From contig JALMLS010000030.1 of NCBI GenBank assembly GCA_038496445.1, forward strand, positions 62,001-126,000: 64,000 bases of DNA. The letters run 5' to 3'. This DNA is from Trichosphaerium sp. ATCC 40318 (Eukaryota > Protista > Tubulinea). The notes beneath the pieces are model-generated. The model ran no database searches. It saw nothing but the letters and a program-made list of their open reading frames with translations, and was not told the DNA's origin. Below, piece by piece: positions 62,822-64,000 of this stretch (the first letter of the stretch is position 1; each line of letters opens with the position of its first letter). A program made the position numbers and the translations under genes.

Positions 62822-64000
62822 ATGTCGTCGCAACGACTAAAAAGCGTTCCGCCAAGTCATATCAAACCTACAGCAAAACACGAAGCAAGGTTACCACAGC
62901 TTTTTTGACGCGTATTAAACAATATTTAGCGCAATATTTCTTCATGGCTTAGGAGACAGCGCGTACGTTTCGTACCTGAAATAATTTAATACTAACAGAG
63001 CTATAGAGAAGGTTGGTTATCAGCTATGCAAATATTAGCTCACCGTACACCTTCTATCCATTACATCATCCCCAACGCGTACGTAGGCTTAGAAACATTC
63101 CAAAGGAAGCATTAATGCTCCAAACAAACGCATTTTATAAACTAACAACTGAGAAATAGACCTCACAGGCCTGTAACTATCAATGGCGGTATGGTGCGTT
63201 ATATCTAGCATACAACACAAGGACACCTTTTTGCATTTGACACAAAGACTGCTCTATAACTTTGTGAGCTAATCACGTGACAAAAAAAACTGTTTTTTTT
63301 AACGGTTAATTTACAAGTTCGTTTTTAGAGTATGCCTGCATGGTATGATATAAAAGATCTTTGTACGGTTTGTTTATAAATTCATTGTTGAATTTTATGT
63401 CTGATGTAATGTTCAGCAAATAGAGAAGGAGAGGACTTTGATGGTCTTGATGAGACAAAAGAAACAAGTAAGCTTTGAGAGTCAACCTTTGATTTTTTTA
63501 TGATTTTAACGGACTTTGGCCTTAGTTTATGATTTGATACAAGCGGAACTTGATGCTGGTATCCCGTCTGATAAAATTATCGTTGGTGGTTTCTCTCAAG
63601 GTGGAGCATCAGCGCTATACGCTGGGTATGAATAGTTCTTTCGAAGCTTTTTGTCGTCAAGAAGAATTTTCTCATTATTTTTTTTATTTCTTACAATTAT
63701 ATAGTTATCAGTATGATAAACCACTAGCAGGAATAGCATCTTTATCAGCATATTTGCCAAAGATCAACTCTTTCCATAAGGTAAAAAAGTAGTAGTGATT
63801 TCAAAAAAAAAAAACAATATTCAATGCTGATCGTTTTTCTTAGTTAATAAATTCTGCTAATGCTAATACCCCATTATTCTGGTATGCTAATAAATGCATG
63901 TATTATTTTATTTGTTTATTAATACCTATTATAGGGGTCATGGAGACTGGTACTTCAAAAAAAAACTATAAAAAACACGACTTATTCAATTCATTTTCCA
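62822..64000 (+). CDS. Acyl-protein thioesterase / lysophospholipase (APT1-like), truncated by the window end
   Basis: FLHGLGDS, PVTINGG..MPAWYDI, GGFSQGG, LSAYLP, GHG. Confidence 0.92.

Noticed and set aside
1-64000. Alternative genetic code, tRNA/rRNA genes or autonomous transposons
   Set aside because: In-frame stops are explained by introns, and TAA, TAG and TGA all end conserved proteins. I recognised no cloverleaf, rRNA, transposase or reverse transcriptase sequence by eye.

Overview
Gene-dense, AT-rich eukaryotic nuclear DNA with very many short (mostly 40-80 nt) spliceosomal introns, so the ORF track fragments nearly every gene. The gene content (class C GPCRs, a GPVPW-type tyrosine kinase, a C2-PLD, an endonuclease-like repeat protein) suggests a free-living amoebozoan-type protist; this is inference. 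I reconstructed about 27 genes or gene remnants by hand, including a TPM-domain protein, a mucin-like protein, two class C GPCRs, RasGAP-beta-propeller, SAPS/PP6R, an M28 peptidase homologue, ankyrin and F-box-like/MORN2 proteins, ARF, SFT2, P450, PA-7TM, arylamine N-acetyltransferase, PLD, a kinase, a PARP-like/receiver fusion, a peroxisomal dienoyl-CoA reductase and an APT1-like hydrolase. Highlights: (1) a near-identical 55-nt box C/D-type RNA in three introns of the SAPS gene, each 69-72 nt from the 3' splice site; (2) class C GPCRs whose Venus-flytrap domain is replaced by a bacterial PhnD/TtrS-like sensor plus EGF, or by a Pmp-like beta-helix; (3) two candidate U12 minor introns and frequent GC-AG donors; (4) a PARP-like H-Y-D enzyme fused to a pseudo-receiver domain, with a receiver-only duplicate inside a patchwork of rearranged repeats; (5) probable pseudoenzymes (M28 peptidase, ARF Q71R); (6) strong CACGTG over-representation. 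Exon boundaries were read by eye, and gene ends marked uncertain may shift.
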